Numbered from the stretch's first letter, positions 27,261 through 35,730 are shown. The stretch: 64,000 bases of DNA from a virus (IMGVR_UViG_3300022562_000354:1-64000), one strand, 5' to 3'. Made by a program: numbers and translations. Notes: generated from the letters alone by a model not told the origin.

Positions 27261-27270
27261 TATCAAAGAT
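27261..27270 (-). promoter_or_regulatory. Putative late promoter ATCTTTGATA
   Basis: Heads the tagged-protein operon 27232-22126. Confidence 0.5.
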
Positions 27271-27281
27271 TCACCGCCCCA

Positions 27282-28559
27282 TCAGGCTTGCTTGGCCTCG
27301 TTTTCCGGGTTGCCTTCTCGGAGTGTCAGAACAGCCTTCCCGGACAGCTCCGTGATGAGGGCTCGCTCGATGTTTGAGCCCGGAATGTCGTAGGAGAGCT
27401 GACGGAGGGTGTCCTCCATGATGGAACGGAGGGCTCGGGCTCCGGTAGGGCGCTTCTTCGCCTCCAAGGCAATCGCCCGGATGACCTCTTCCTCGAAGTC
27501 CAGGTGGACCCCATCCATCTGGAAGAGAGCCTTGAACTGCTTCATGATGGCATGACGCGGTTCCGTGAGGACTCGGATCATCTCGCTCTCGGTCAGCTCC
27601 AGTGTCGTCGTGAGCACCGGGAGGCGCCCCATGAACTCGGGAATCAACCCAAATTCGAGGAGGTCTTCCTCACTCGTCACCGTGTAGCTCTTGGACTTGT
27701 CGATGGTCTCACGGTGCTTCGCCCCGAAGCCCAACGAGGCACCCTTGTTGATGCGGGACGAGACGATCTCCTCGATGCCAGCGAATGAACCAGCGCAGAT
27801 GAACAGGATGTTCCGCGTGTCGATGGTGTCGTAGGCCGCCGCCATGCCGTTCTTACCCGAACGGGGCACACTCACCTTGGATCCTTCGAGGAGCTTCAAG
27901 AGCGCCTGTTGGACCCCTTCCCCGGTCACGTCCCGGTACCCTGCTCGCTCGCGGCCACCTTTACGGGCGATCTTGTCGATCTCGTCGATGACCACGATGC
28001 CCCACTCGGCTCGCTGGATGTCCCCCTGAGCGTCCTGAATGAGCCCTTGGAGCAGGGTCTCTACGTCATCCCCCACGTAGCCCGCTTGCGTCAGCTTGGT
28101 CGCGTCCCCCACGTAGAAGGGGACGTTGAGCATCCGGGCGATCGACCGCGAGATGTGCGTCTTCCCGGTACCCGAAGGGCCGAGGAGCAGGATGTTGGAC
28201 TTGTCGATCTCGACCTCTTCTTTGAGGCCCCCGCTCACCGTGATCTCGACCTTGCCGTCTTTGAGCACCTTGCGGCGTTTGAAGTGGTTGTAGACCGCGA
28301 GGGCGATGTCGGTCTTCGCCTTCTCTTGGCCGATCACGTACTCATCGAGGTACGACTTGATCTCCTTCGGTGTCTTGAGCGGTTCCTCTTTCGGCTGAGC
28401 GGCGAAGTTCCCCTTGCGAGCACCGGCCTCGATCTCCTTGGAGGCCGTCTCCACGCAGCGATTGCAGATGAATGGCCCCTCGTCGGGGTGGGCGGCGACG
28501 AGGTTTTTGACTTCGTTACGGGGCCGCTTGCAAAAGCTGCAACAGACGGGAGCGCTCAT
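27282..28559 (-). CDS. clpX: ClpX ATP-dependent protease ATPase subunit
   Basis: CSFC/CNRC Zn domain, YVIGQ, GPSGTGKT, DATKLTQAGYVGDDVE, IDEIDK, RDVTGEGVQQALLKLLEG, LGF loop and TGARALR. Confidence 0.95.
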   Translation of the reverse strand: MSAPVCCSFCKRPRNEVKNLVAAHPDEGPFICNRCVETASKEIEAGARKGNFAAQPKEEPLKTPKEIKSYLDEYVIGQEKAKTDIALAVYNHFKRRKVLKDGKVEITVSGGLKEEVEIDKSNILLLGPSGTGKTHISRSIARMLNVPFYVGDATKLTQAGYVGDDVETLLQGLIQDAQGDIQRAEWGIVVIDEIDKIARKGGRERAGYRDVTGEGVQQALLKLLEGSKVSVPRSGKNGMAAAYDTIDTRNILFICAGSFAGIEEIVSSRINKGASLGFGAKHRETIDKSKSYTVTSEEDLLEFGLIPEFMGRLPVLTTTLELTESEMIRVLTEPRHAIMKQFKALFQMDGVHLDFEEEVIRAIALEAKKRPTGARALRSIMEDTLRQLSYDIPGSNIERALITELSGKAVLTLREGNPENEAKQA

Positions 28560-28568
28560 GCTCTAACA

Positions 28569-29744
28569 CTACACCGAGGCCAACGCCTCCCGTACGAGTT
28601 TTTGCAGGTGTTCAGGCAATTCGGGGCGTGTTGGCTCGTCACGTCCCACCATGAGGTTCTCGAAGCGCTCTTGCACCGCTCCGTCCCAAGAGCCCTTGAT
28701 TTTGAAGTGCCCGAGAGCAAACAACTCCGCGAAAGCCTCGCCTTCCTTGCGACTGTAAGGTGAGGTCCACCAGCGGGACTTGTCGAAGTCGTCGGGAAGA
28801 TTGTGCTTTCTCTCGTAACGGTGACCTAGCTCATGCACAAGGATGTAGTCGAGGGCGCCGTAGGACCCGTGGGTGCGCTTCAAGACTTTGGGGGTCGCCC
28901 GCACCATGAGCACGTCACCCGAGGACTTGTACTTGCCCCCTGCGGTACCTTGGAAGTCTCGTGGGCTCGCCAGGGCTACCTTGAGACCCCCCGATAGGGC
29001 CTTCCGGCGCCACCCTTTCAGGTCGTCCCAGATGGACTCCAGCGTGGTGACGTAGTGCCCGAGCTTTTTCTGGTCGAAGCCTACGAGGTTGAGGTAGGTG
29101 TTCCCGCCGACCGTCACCTCTTTGGGGACGATCTTCCCACCCTCGTTGGAGAAGTACCGGATCAGGTCGCCCGCCATAGGCTTGATGTCCTGCTCCCAGG
29201 CGCGTTTGGCCGCCCCCTCGCTGGCGGGGTTGCGGAAGGATTCCCCCTGGTAGTTCTTCTTGGTCCCCGCATCTTGCAGGAACCACCAAAGGGAATGCGC
29301 CTTGTTTTTCAGGTCCTTCTGGCCTTGAGGTGTCTTCGGGGAGTCGAAGCGGAAGGTATCCTTGAACCACTCGGCGATCTCGGCAGCCTCATCCGGGTCG
29401 AAGTGGGCGAACAGGCCGTCTATCTTCCGCATAAGCTCGTCGAGCAAGCTCGCTGAGAACATGAACCGAGCCGCCACCCGGCGAGCCATCCGGTCCTGGT
29501 AGAAAAAGGCGACCCGTTCTTCTATCGAGGCCCCGGACTTCTCGATCTTCTCCAACTTGTCGTAGTAATTGGGGTCTTCAGTCAGATGGTCGTACGCTAT
29601 CTCCCGAGCGATCTGAGGATCGTCGGTATGCTCCATCTCGACGCGAACCCCCTTCGCGACCTGAGCGGGGTCTACCCCTTCGGGTGGTCCCTTGTCCGCC
29701 AATCCGCCTGGGATTTTGTCTTCGAGTGAGGTGGGGAACATCAA
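28569..29744 (-). CDS. DUF5661-like N-terminal domain, tag and zincin metallopeptidase
   Basis: GVRVEMEHTDDP..AREIAYDHLTEDPNYYDKL; ASIEERVA..RMARRVAARF; LVHELGH...SPYSRKEGEAFAE. Confidence 0.7.
   Translation of the reverse strand: MMFPTSLEDKIPGGLADKGPPEGVDPAQVAKGVRVEMEHTDDPQIAREIAYDHLTEDPNYYDKLEKIEKSGASIEERVAFFYQDRMARRVAARFMFSASLLDELMRKIDGLFAHFDPDEAAEIAEWFKDTFRFDSPKTPQGQKDLKNKAHSLWWFLQDAGTKKNYQGESFRNPASEGAAKRAWEQDIKPMAGDLIRYFSNEGGKIVPKEVTVGGNTYLNLVGFDQKKLGHYVTTLESIWDDLKGWRRKALSGGLKVALASPRDFQGTAGGKYKSSGDVLMVRATPKVLKRTHGSYGALDYILVHELGHRYERKHNLPDDFDKSRWWTSPYSRKEGEAFAELFALGHFKIKGSWDGAVQERFENLMVGRDEPTRPELPEHLQKLVREALASV
28570..28576 (-). promoter_or_regulatory. CGGTGTA promoter-like element
   Basis: 10 nt before the clpX ATG. 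Confidence 0.7.
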
Positions 29745-30512
29745 TCACACATCCGCGTAAACAATGCAGTCCTCGCTCCACACGAGACCCTCGCAGTGGA
29801 CCTTGCCGCTCGGTTCGATGACGCAGATGCCGCCTTCACCGAAGTTGTTGTTTGCCTCCCGGCCGTAGCGGTTGGAGACGATCAAGGTAGTCTTGTTCTC
29901 CTCGACGAAGTCCATCCACGAGGTCGCCGGGAATGCTCCGTCCCCGAAGTTGGCTGACAAGCAAACGATGTCCGCATCACCCGGCTGGTACAGGTCCGTC
30001 CATGTCTTGGAGACCTTGTCCCTGATGTCCCGGCATACGAGTAGACCAACCCGCCGCTCGACCCCGTCAAAGTTGGCCTTCACAACGGGAGGGTTGGACC
30101 TCCCCGCTTCGGCCCAGAGGAAGTCGTTGGCCCAGCGGTTGATCTTCCGCATCGACTCCAAGTAGCCGAAGGGGTCCACGTAGACCTGACTGTTGAACAG
30201 CTTGTTGGTCTTGTCGTCCAGCTCCACCATCCCCCACACGAGGTGGACGTGGAGCTTGGCAGCGAGTTGCCCCATGAGCTTCACGGTGGGGATTTCGTCG
30301 ATGGCTCGAAGAGCCGGACCGAGGGTGATGACCTCAGCATCCACGAGAGCCTCACCCGGCCCCATGTACGAGTAGCCCGTCGTTGCCAGCTCAGGCATCA
30401 CGATGAGCTTCGCCCCACCGGCCGCTGCCTGCTCAACGAGCTTCACCAAGCGGCGTTGGTTCTCCCGCTTCTGACGGAAGGCCGGGGCAAACTGGATCGT
30501 GGCTACCTTCAT
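29745..30512 (-). CDS. Carbon-nitrogen hydrolase (nitrilase family)
   Basis: MKVATIQF; catalytic triad residues in PELATTGY, RKIN and VCRD; VSNRYG. Confidence 0.88.
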   Translation of the reverse strand: MKVATIQFAPAFRQKRENQRRLVKLVEQAAAGGAKLIVMPELATTGYSYMGPGEALVDAEVITLGPALRAIDEIPTVKLMGQLAAKLHVHLVWGMVELDDKTNKLFNSQVYVDPFGYLESMRKINRWANDFLWAEAGRSNPPVVKANFDGVERRVGLLVCRDIRDKVSKTWTDLYQPGDADIVCLSANFGDGAFPATSWMDFVEENKTTLIVSNRYGREANNNFGEGGICVIEPSGKVHCEGLVWSEDCIVYADV

Positions 30513-30549
30513 GGGTCACCCATGGGTAGCTTACAAGAAGAACCGGGAA

Positions 30550-31353
30550 TCAAAACAGCAACCCAAGCCGATCGAGGTTGTAGTAGACCGCCTTGAGGAT
30601 CTTCGCCTTGTTCGTTGGAGTCAGAACCCCTTCGACTTCCTTCCACGTAGTCGAGAGCCGAAGGGCTAGATTCACCAGCTCTTGATTGGAATTTCGAGCG
30701 TGGTTGCGGATGGCTTCCATCTTCGCGTAACGCGGAGTTTCATCCACGACTTGCTGCATCCACGCTCGAACCTCAGACGGGTGGTTGATGTACGCCCGGT
30801 ATTCGCTGTCCGAGAGGTCCCCTTGGGACGGGATTTCACTCTTGTTGGGGTTCTTTGCCGAGGGGTTCTTCTCTTTGAAGACCGAGTCGGCCGCATGCGT
30901 GGCTTCGTGGATGAGGATCGAAAACAGCGAGTACGGGAGACAGGTCTCGTGCGAACACGACCAGATTGGCTGGGTCATGCGCTCCGACTGGAAGTCCTCC
31001 GGAGTGAAGGCCCCGTTCAGTTCGAGAACGATGACCGGACCACCGTGCCACGTTCCGAAGCCCCCACCTAACAGCGCCGTCCCCTTGTTCCTCGATGAAC
31101 GGCTACGGACTAGGACTAGAACGTCAACGGTACCCTTCCCGTCAGCGGCATCGACACTCAGCCTTCGGCTGAGGATCTGATTGACGGACCCAAGAGGCTC
31201 ATCTTGAGGTTGGCGTCGTTTCATCCACGTGATGACATCGGGTGCCAACTCGTGTGTGACGAAGCGCTCGATCTCTTTCTTGTCGATCCCTACCGGACGA
31301 GCGGCAAGCCTAACGGCATACCTTCGAGCCACGCGGATCGCCATCGGGTCCAT
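30550..31353 (-). CDS. Tagged zincin-like metallopeptidase
   Basis: MDPMAIRVARRY; LIHEATHAAD...YINHPSEVRAW. Confidence 0.65.
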   Translation of the reverse strand: MDPMAIRVARRYAVRLAARPVGIDKKEIERFVTHELAPDVITWMKRRQPQDEPLGSVNQILSRRLSVDAADGKGTVDVLVLVRSRSSRNKGTALLGGGFGTWHGGPVIVLELNGAFTPEDFQSERMTQPIWSCSHETCLPYSLFSILIHEATHAADSVFKEKNPSAKNPNKSEIPSQGDLSDSEYRAYINHPSEVRAWMQQVVDETPRYAKMEAIRNHARNSNQELVNLALRLSTTWKEVEGVLTPTNKAKILKAVYYNLDRLGLLF

Positions 31354-31376
31354 GCTACCGATGGCGTAGAAGAGGA

Positions 31377-31736
31377 TTACCCGAACTGTCGATCCCAGTA
31401 GGGGTCCGAGGTGCCACGGAACGTCGTGGGGGGCTTGGAGGACACCTGCATCGTTGTCGAGGGAACCTCGCCCTTTCGGCTCCCGATCCGAATCAGGAGC
31501 TTCCCATCGGGTCCGGCCGATACAACCCCCCGACCAGCGGCAAACAGGGCCTCGATGACCGGGGACATGTCCACGGAACCAGCGTCAACGCGGTAGAACC
31601 TGGACGTTCCGATCCCGATGGGCTCCAGAAGGTCGAGCTTCGGGAACATGATCTTGAGCTGGTTGGCCTTACGAAGAACCGCCTCGGCGACCTGAAGCTC
31701 TGTCTCCCCAGCGAGGGCTTGTACTCCAAATCTCAT
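31377..31736 (-). CDS. Hypothetical protein
   Basis: ATGA overlap with the folA stop. Confidence 0.55.
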   Translation of the reverse strand: MRFGVQALAGETELQVAEAVLRKANQLKIMFPKLDLLEPIGIGTSRFYRVDAGSVDMSPVIEALFAAGRGVVSAGPDGKLLIRIGSRKGEVPSTTMQVSSKPPTTFRGTSDPYWDRQFG

Positions 31737-32242
31737 CGTACGTAGGTCCGGTGAATGAGGGTCGGGTCCTCCTCGTTTTGCTCTTCCTTGGCGACCTTGA
31801 AGCCCTCGACTTGTCCTCCCTTGAACCAGTCGATAACTGTAATCTTGAAAACGCCGTGCGGGTGAGGATGCTGGTACTCCTCGTTCACAATCGTCACGTC
31901 CAGCTCATCGCAAAGGGGGAGCGCCGCCTCGTAGACCTTGGCACCCCCTGCGATCCAGACCTGACCTTCCCCCGCTGCAATAGCAGCTTCGAGTGACTGG
32001 AAGACCCCAACCTTGTCATTCCACTCGGTAGACAGGTCAATAGCTCGCGTGGTGAGGATGTGCGTCTTACGGCCTGGGAGGGGGCGTCCAATCGAGTCCC
32101 ACGTAGCTCGCCCCATGACGAGCGTTCCCCCCATCGTCGTAGCCTTGAACCTCTTGAGGTCCGCCTTCTTCCGCCAAGGAAGGTTGCCGTCCACGCCGAT
32201 GAGTCCGTGTGGGCCAGAGGCCACGATGATCTTAGGTTTCAT
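31733..32242 (-). CDS. folA: Dihydrofolate reductase
   Basis: IVA..LIGVDGNLPW..DLKRFK..T..VMGRATWDSIGRPLPGR and WIAGGAKVY; start at ATG 32242. Confidence 0.92.
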   Translation of the reverse strand: MKPKIIVASGPHGLIGVDGNLPWRKKADLKRFKATTMGGTLVMGRATWDSIGRPLPGRKTHILTTRAIDLSTEWNDKVGVFQSLEAAIAAGEGQVWIAGGAKVYEAALPLCDELDVTIVNEEYQHPHPHGVFKITVIDWFKGGQVEGFKVAKEEQNEEDPTLIHRTYVR

Positions 32243-32771
32243 CGTCTGTGATCCTTTCAAAGCGTGTTCTGGGCGGTCCCTCGGGTCGGTACGGAAGACC
32301 CCCGCGCTCCCATAGGTCCGTATCCGGGATGTGCTTGAAAATCTCGCCTCGGATACCCCGTAGGGCATACTCGGAGGTCAAGCATCGGAACCGAATGAGC
32401 CCGCCTCGCTTGATCTGAATGTCCCGGATCGTCTCGTGCTCCACGAGAACGTTGGGTATGGCCGAACGAGTCCGGTGCCTCAGCGTTTCAGCGTGTACGT
32501 TGGTTTGAGCGGTGACGTAGACCTGCTCCCCTCCAACCGCCTTGGTGATGGCCTCGTGGATCATCTGAGCCTCGGATAGCAGGCCCTTGGTTCGGAAGAT
32601 CAAGGCACCACCATCCTTGAAGATGATGTGCCCCTCTCGCTCTTTGACGATTACATCCGAGATAAAGGGCAGGCAGCGAGCCTGAGCGACAACAGGGTGG
32701 TCGCATTCAACGACCACTTGTTCGCCCGCCTCGGCTCGGCGTACCAGCTCTTTTGCCTCGGCGTTGTTCAC
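32232..32771 (-). CDS. Hypothetical protein with terminase-ATPase-like fragments and a C-terminal RTRFERITDD tail
   Basis: VYVTAQTNVHA, GGLIRFRCL...ALRG and an internal repeat IFKDGGALIF. Confidence 0.5.
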   Translation of the reverse strand: MNNAEAKELVRRAEAGEQVVVECDHPVVAQARCLPFISDVIVKEREGHIIFKDGGALIFRTKGLLSEAQMIHEAITKAVGGEQVYVTAQTNVHAETLRHRTRSAIPNVLVEHETIRDIQIKRGGLIRFRCLTSEYALRGIRGEIFKHIPDTDLWERGGLPYRPEGPPRTRFERITDDET

Positions 32772-33064
32772 GAGGGGATGACGGCCTTCTTCAAGTGGGC
32801 GATGGGTCGGACCTTGACCTTCTTGGAGGCCGGCTTCGCGGCAACCTTCACCATCTGCTTGGTAAAGGGGTTCATTCGCTCACCCTCGGGCTGAGCCGGC
32901 GTGTCCTTGAGTGTGATCTTCACGAGCCCTGGGAGCGTAACCTCCCCTTCTGCTCGAAGCGCCTCCACGACCGCCGCTGCATAGTGGTCGACGTACTTGG
33001 AGGCGTCCGCCTTGGTGACCCCAAGGCGGGTGGCGATGGCTTCGATGAACTTGGACTTCGACAT
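32768..33064 (-). CDS. hup: HU family DNA-binding protein
   Basis: MSKSKFIEAIA..GVTKADA..GEVTLPGL...RMNPFT..VKVRP..LKKAV. Confidence 0.9.
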   Translation of the reverse strand: MSKSKFIEAIATRLGVTKADASKYVDHYAAAVVEALRAEGEVTLPGLVKITLKDTPAQPEGERMNPFTKQMVKVAAKPASKKVKVRPIAHLKKAVIPS

Positions 33065-33073
33065 GGGGTTTCT

Positions 33074-33253
33074 CTACACCGTTCTGTAGTTTTTCTGGAA
33101 GTTTCCTGCGTAGGATGGCGTCAGCTTGTGACACGGGACGCATAGAGTCCGCCCGTTTGCGATGTCCCACAGCGCTTCACAACGATAGGCGTCTTCGAGG
33201 GTTTGGATGTTGTGCTCCTTGAGCAGTAGGGCAAACGGCCTGAGATGGTCGGC
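33074..33253 (-). pseudogene. Headless HNH endonuclease remnant immediately after thyA
   Basis: Manual translation ADHLRPF...LWDIANGRTLCVPCHK...; an in-frame TGA lies 5 codons upstream and there is no start codon. Confidence 0.7.
33075..33081 (-). promoter_or_regulatory. CGGTGTA promoter-like element
   Basis: 10 nt before the HU ATG. Confidence 0.7.
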
Positions 33254-34086
33254 TAGACAGCTACCTCACCCCGAAGGGCTGGGTGACACTGGTACCCTTC
33301 GAGTTTGATTCCTTCGATGGTGAAGTCTTCGAGCTTTTCAGCCGAAGGGAGAACCAGTTTTGGTAGGGGGTAGGGGGCTCGGCTGATCTGCTCTCTGCAC
33401 TGAGGGATGTGATTCTCGTAGACGTGCAGGTCACCAAAGCTATGAACGAAGTGCCCAACACCCAAACCCGTGACTTGGGCGATCATGTGAGTGAGTAAGG
33501 CGTAGCTCGCGATGTTGAAAGGCACGCCAAGGAAGGCGTCAGCCGACCTCTGGTAGAGCAAGCACGAGAGCCTACCGTCCGTGACCGAGAACTGAAAGAG
33601 GGCGTGGCACGGAGGGAGGCCCATCTTCGGGATGTCCACAGGGTTCCAAGCGCTCACGATAAGCCGGCGACCCACGGACGCTGTAGGATCGGCCACCACC
33701 GCCCGAATGCCGTTCACCACCTGCTCGATTTGGTCGATAACTTGACCGTCTGGGGCGGACCAAGACCTCCACTGCTTTCCGTAGATCGGCCCGACATCCC
33801 CAGATTCAGGGTGAGCCCACTGGTCCCAAATGGTGACCCCTTGTGCTTGGAGACTCTTGGCGTTTGTATCCCCAGCCAAGAACCAAAGCAGCTCAGCCAC
33901 GATAGACTTCCAGGCGAGCTTCTTCGTCGTGACAGCGGGGAAGCCTTCATTCAGGTCGAACCGGGTCTGGTAACCAAAGACGCTGATAGCGTCGATGTTC
34001 TTGCCTGTTGACGCAAGTTTGGCCCGAGTCGGCTTGCGGGTGCCGGTCTCCAAGACGTGTCGAACGAGATCGCTGTACTGTTTCAA
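33253..34086 (-). CDS. thyA: Thymidylate synthase
   Basis: [56 protein letters not shown] and GDLHVY. Confidence 0.97.
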   Translation of the reverse strand: MKQYSDLVRHVLETGTRKPTRAKLASTGKNIDAISVFGYQTRFDLNEGFPAVTTKKLAWKSIVAELLWFLAGDTNAKSLQAQGVTIWDQWAHPESGDVGPIYGKQWRSWSAPDGQVIDQIEQVVNGIRAVVADPTASVGRRLIVSAWNPVDIPKMGLPPCHALFQFSVTDGRLSCLLYQRSADAFLGVPFNIASYALLTHMIAQVTGLGVGHFVHSFGDLHVYENHIPQCREQISRAPYPLPKLVLPSAEKLEDFTIEGIKLEGYQCHPALRGEVAV

Positions 34087-34107
34087 AGGTCACCTCTCCG
34101 GCATCCA

Positions 34108-34114
34108 TACACCC
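34108..34114 (-). promoter_or_regulatory. GGGTGTA variant element
   Basis: 21 nt before the thyA TTG, with GGAGAGG SD in between. Confidence 0.6.
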
Positions 34115-34149
34115 AGGTAGCCACGCATACCCGCTGAATAATATGCAGT

Positions 34150-34869
34150 CTAGATCACGTCGTCCCGGTCGAACCGGCTGGGGATCCTGTTCCGATCGAT
34201 AGGCTCACTGGACACTCGGATGTCCTCGAACAACCCCTTGCCAGTGAACCGGATGATGCAGCTCGGGGGCTCAGCATGAACGATATCGCGTACGTCCTTG
34301 GTGACCTTGACCGAGATACCGTCCTCTTCGAGCCTTTCAAGCAAGAGGGACACTGAAGCCCCATGGCCGAGCGCCAGAGGTTCGCCGAAGTTGGCCGACT
34401 TCTTCGTGACGGCTCTCCGAAGCTGCCAGCCAATGAGGATCATCGTGTCTGGCCGGTCCTCCAAAGCTCTTAGAGCCTTGGGCATCCAGTTGGTGAGCAT
34501 CCCCGAAACGGAGGCTACCGACCCTCGGGAAGACCCTAGAATGTTGGGGGAGTCGAGAACGATGAGGTTGGCATCTGTTGTAGACACGCCGGAAAGGGCG
34601 GTTTTCAAGCAATCTTCCACGCTGGTCGGGTTGAGCAGATGGAACAGGTCTTGACCCAAACCCAGGTTGAAAGTGGTGTCACGGGTGATACCACCCTCGC
34701 AGTCAAGGTAGAGGATCTTCCGTCTTTGCCGGGCTGCCACAATGGAAGCGGACAGAGCTAGGGTCGTCCGTCCCGTCCCGACTTCACCCATGATCGTGGT
34801 GATAGCCCCACCGGGGTAACCCCCTTGGATGAGCCGGTCGAGGTTCTTGCTTCCGGTCTTGAAGTTCAC
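34150..34869 (-). CDS. Degenerate RecA/RadA-like P-loop protein
   Basis: KTGSKNLD..GGYPGG.ITTIMGEVGTGRTT (Walker A K>R), YLDCEG, IVLDS and QLR; short, with C-terminal tail PSRFDRDDVI. Confidence 0.7.
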   Translation of the reverse strand: MNFKTGSKNLDRLIQGGYPGGAITTIMGEVGTGRTTLALSASIVAARQRRKILYLDCEGGITRDTTFNLGLGQDLFHLLNPTSVEDCLKTALSGVSTTDANLIVLDSPNILGSSRGSVASVSGMLTNWMPKALRALEDRPDTMILIGWQLRRAVTKKSANFGEPLALGHGASVSLLLERLEEDGISVKVTKDVRDIVHAEPPSCIIRFTGKGLFEDIRVSSEPIDRNRIPSRFDRDDVI

Positions 34870-35426
34870 GGGCGTCGAGCCTTCATCTTCTCGATGACCT
34901 CGGCCCATGAACGGACACGCAAGTCATCATGACCAAGGTTCCGGGTGTTCGGAATGTGCCATAGCATAGCCGTGCCCTTGGGGTGGTGATCCGCCCAAGC
35001 GCTGACGTGGTCAGGCTTGTCGTCGAGAAACCCGTCCCCTGTAACCCGGTACTTCGTGGACGTGTAGTGGATGTCTTTCTTGTCGAAGCCGAAGTGCTCT
35101 TTGAGCCACTCCGTCCGTTCGTAGGTCCAGTTGCGGGAGTGCTGGGGGGTTGTCACCGCAACCACGTGGACGAAGCCCCGAAGCTCCGCGATGGCGTCGA
35201 TCGCTTGCGGGTAGGGCTTGATGCCCATGCAGAAGCCGGGTCGCTCGAACATGGCGAAACACACCTTCTTCTGCTCGTCGTTGAGGATGGAGAAGATGTC
35301 CCAGACGTCGAAGTCCTCGGGCTGGTACCGTCTACCGAGGATGACAGCCATGATGTCCAAAGCCGGCGTCTGGAAGTCGCCTAGAACTTCGTCCACGTCT
35401 ACGAGGAGGACTTCACTTTTGAGCAT
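34866..35426 (-). CDS. 5'(3')-deoxyribonucleotidase (HAD, NT5C-like)
   Basis: VDVDEVLGDF, WLKEHF and FLDDKP motifs. Confidence 0.85.
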   Translation of the reverse strand: MLKSEVLLVDVDEVLGDFQTPALDIMAVILGRRYQPEDFDVWDIFSILNDEQKKVCFAMFERPGFCMGIKPYPQAIDAIAELRGFVHVVAVTTPQHSRNWTYERTEWLKEHFGFDKKDIHYTSTKYRVTGDGFLDDKPDHVSAWADHHPKGTAMLWHIPNTRNLGHDDLRVRSWAEVIEKMKARRP

Positions 35427-35713
35427 CCCAGGTCTACACCGTACTTGGCGATGACCTCTTTCAGCGAGGGCGGGTCGTCATCCTCGTCATCGTCATCGGC
35501 GTTCTGGAGTACCCGAGACATACGGTCGGTTCCCGTCTTCCACCCGTCGATGGCCGTGTGGACCGCCGCCGTGACCTGATCTTGCTCGGCTTCCGTACGA
35601 GCACGAGCGTACATGAGGCGAAAGGTCTCGACTTGCTCCGAGGTCAGCTCTTTAGCTAGTCCTCGTGCCCGTAGCGCCATGGTGAGTGAGTTTTTGCGCT
35701 GACGAAGACCCAT
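35399..35713 (-). CDS. Hypothetical protein
   Basis: CGGTGTA 10 nt upstream; acidic stretch. Confidence 0.55.
   Translation of the reverse strand: MGLRQRKNSLTMALRARGLAKELTSEQVETFRLMYARARTEAEQDQVTAAVHTAIDGWKTGTDRMSRVLQNADDDDEDDDPPSLKEVIAKYGVDLGCSKVKSSS
35435..35441 (-). promoter_or_regulatory. CGGTGTA promoter-like element
   Basis: 8 nt before ATG 35426. Confidence 0.65.
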
Positions 35714-35723
35714 ACCTTCGTCT

Positions 35724-35730
35724 TACACCG
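35724..35730 (-). promoter_or_regulatory. CGGTGTA promoter-like element
   Basis: 10 nt before ATG 35713. Confidence 0.7.
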
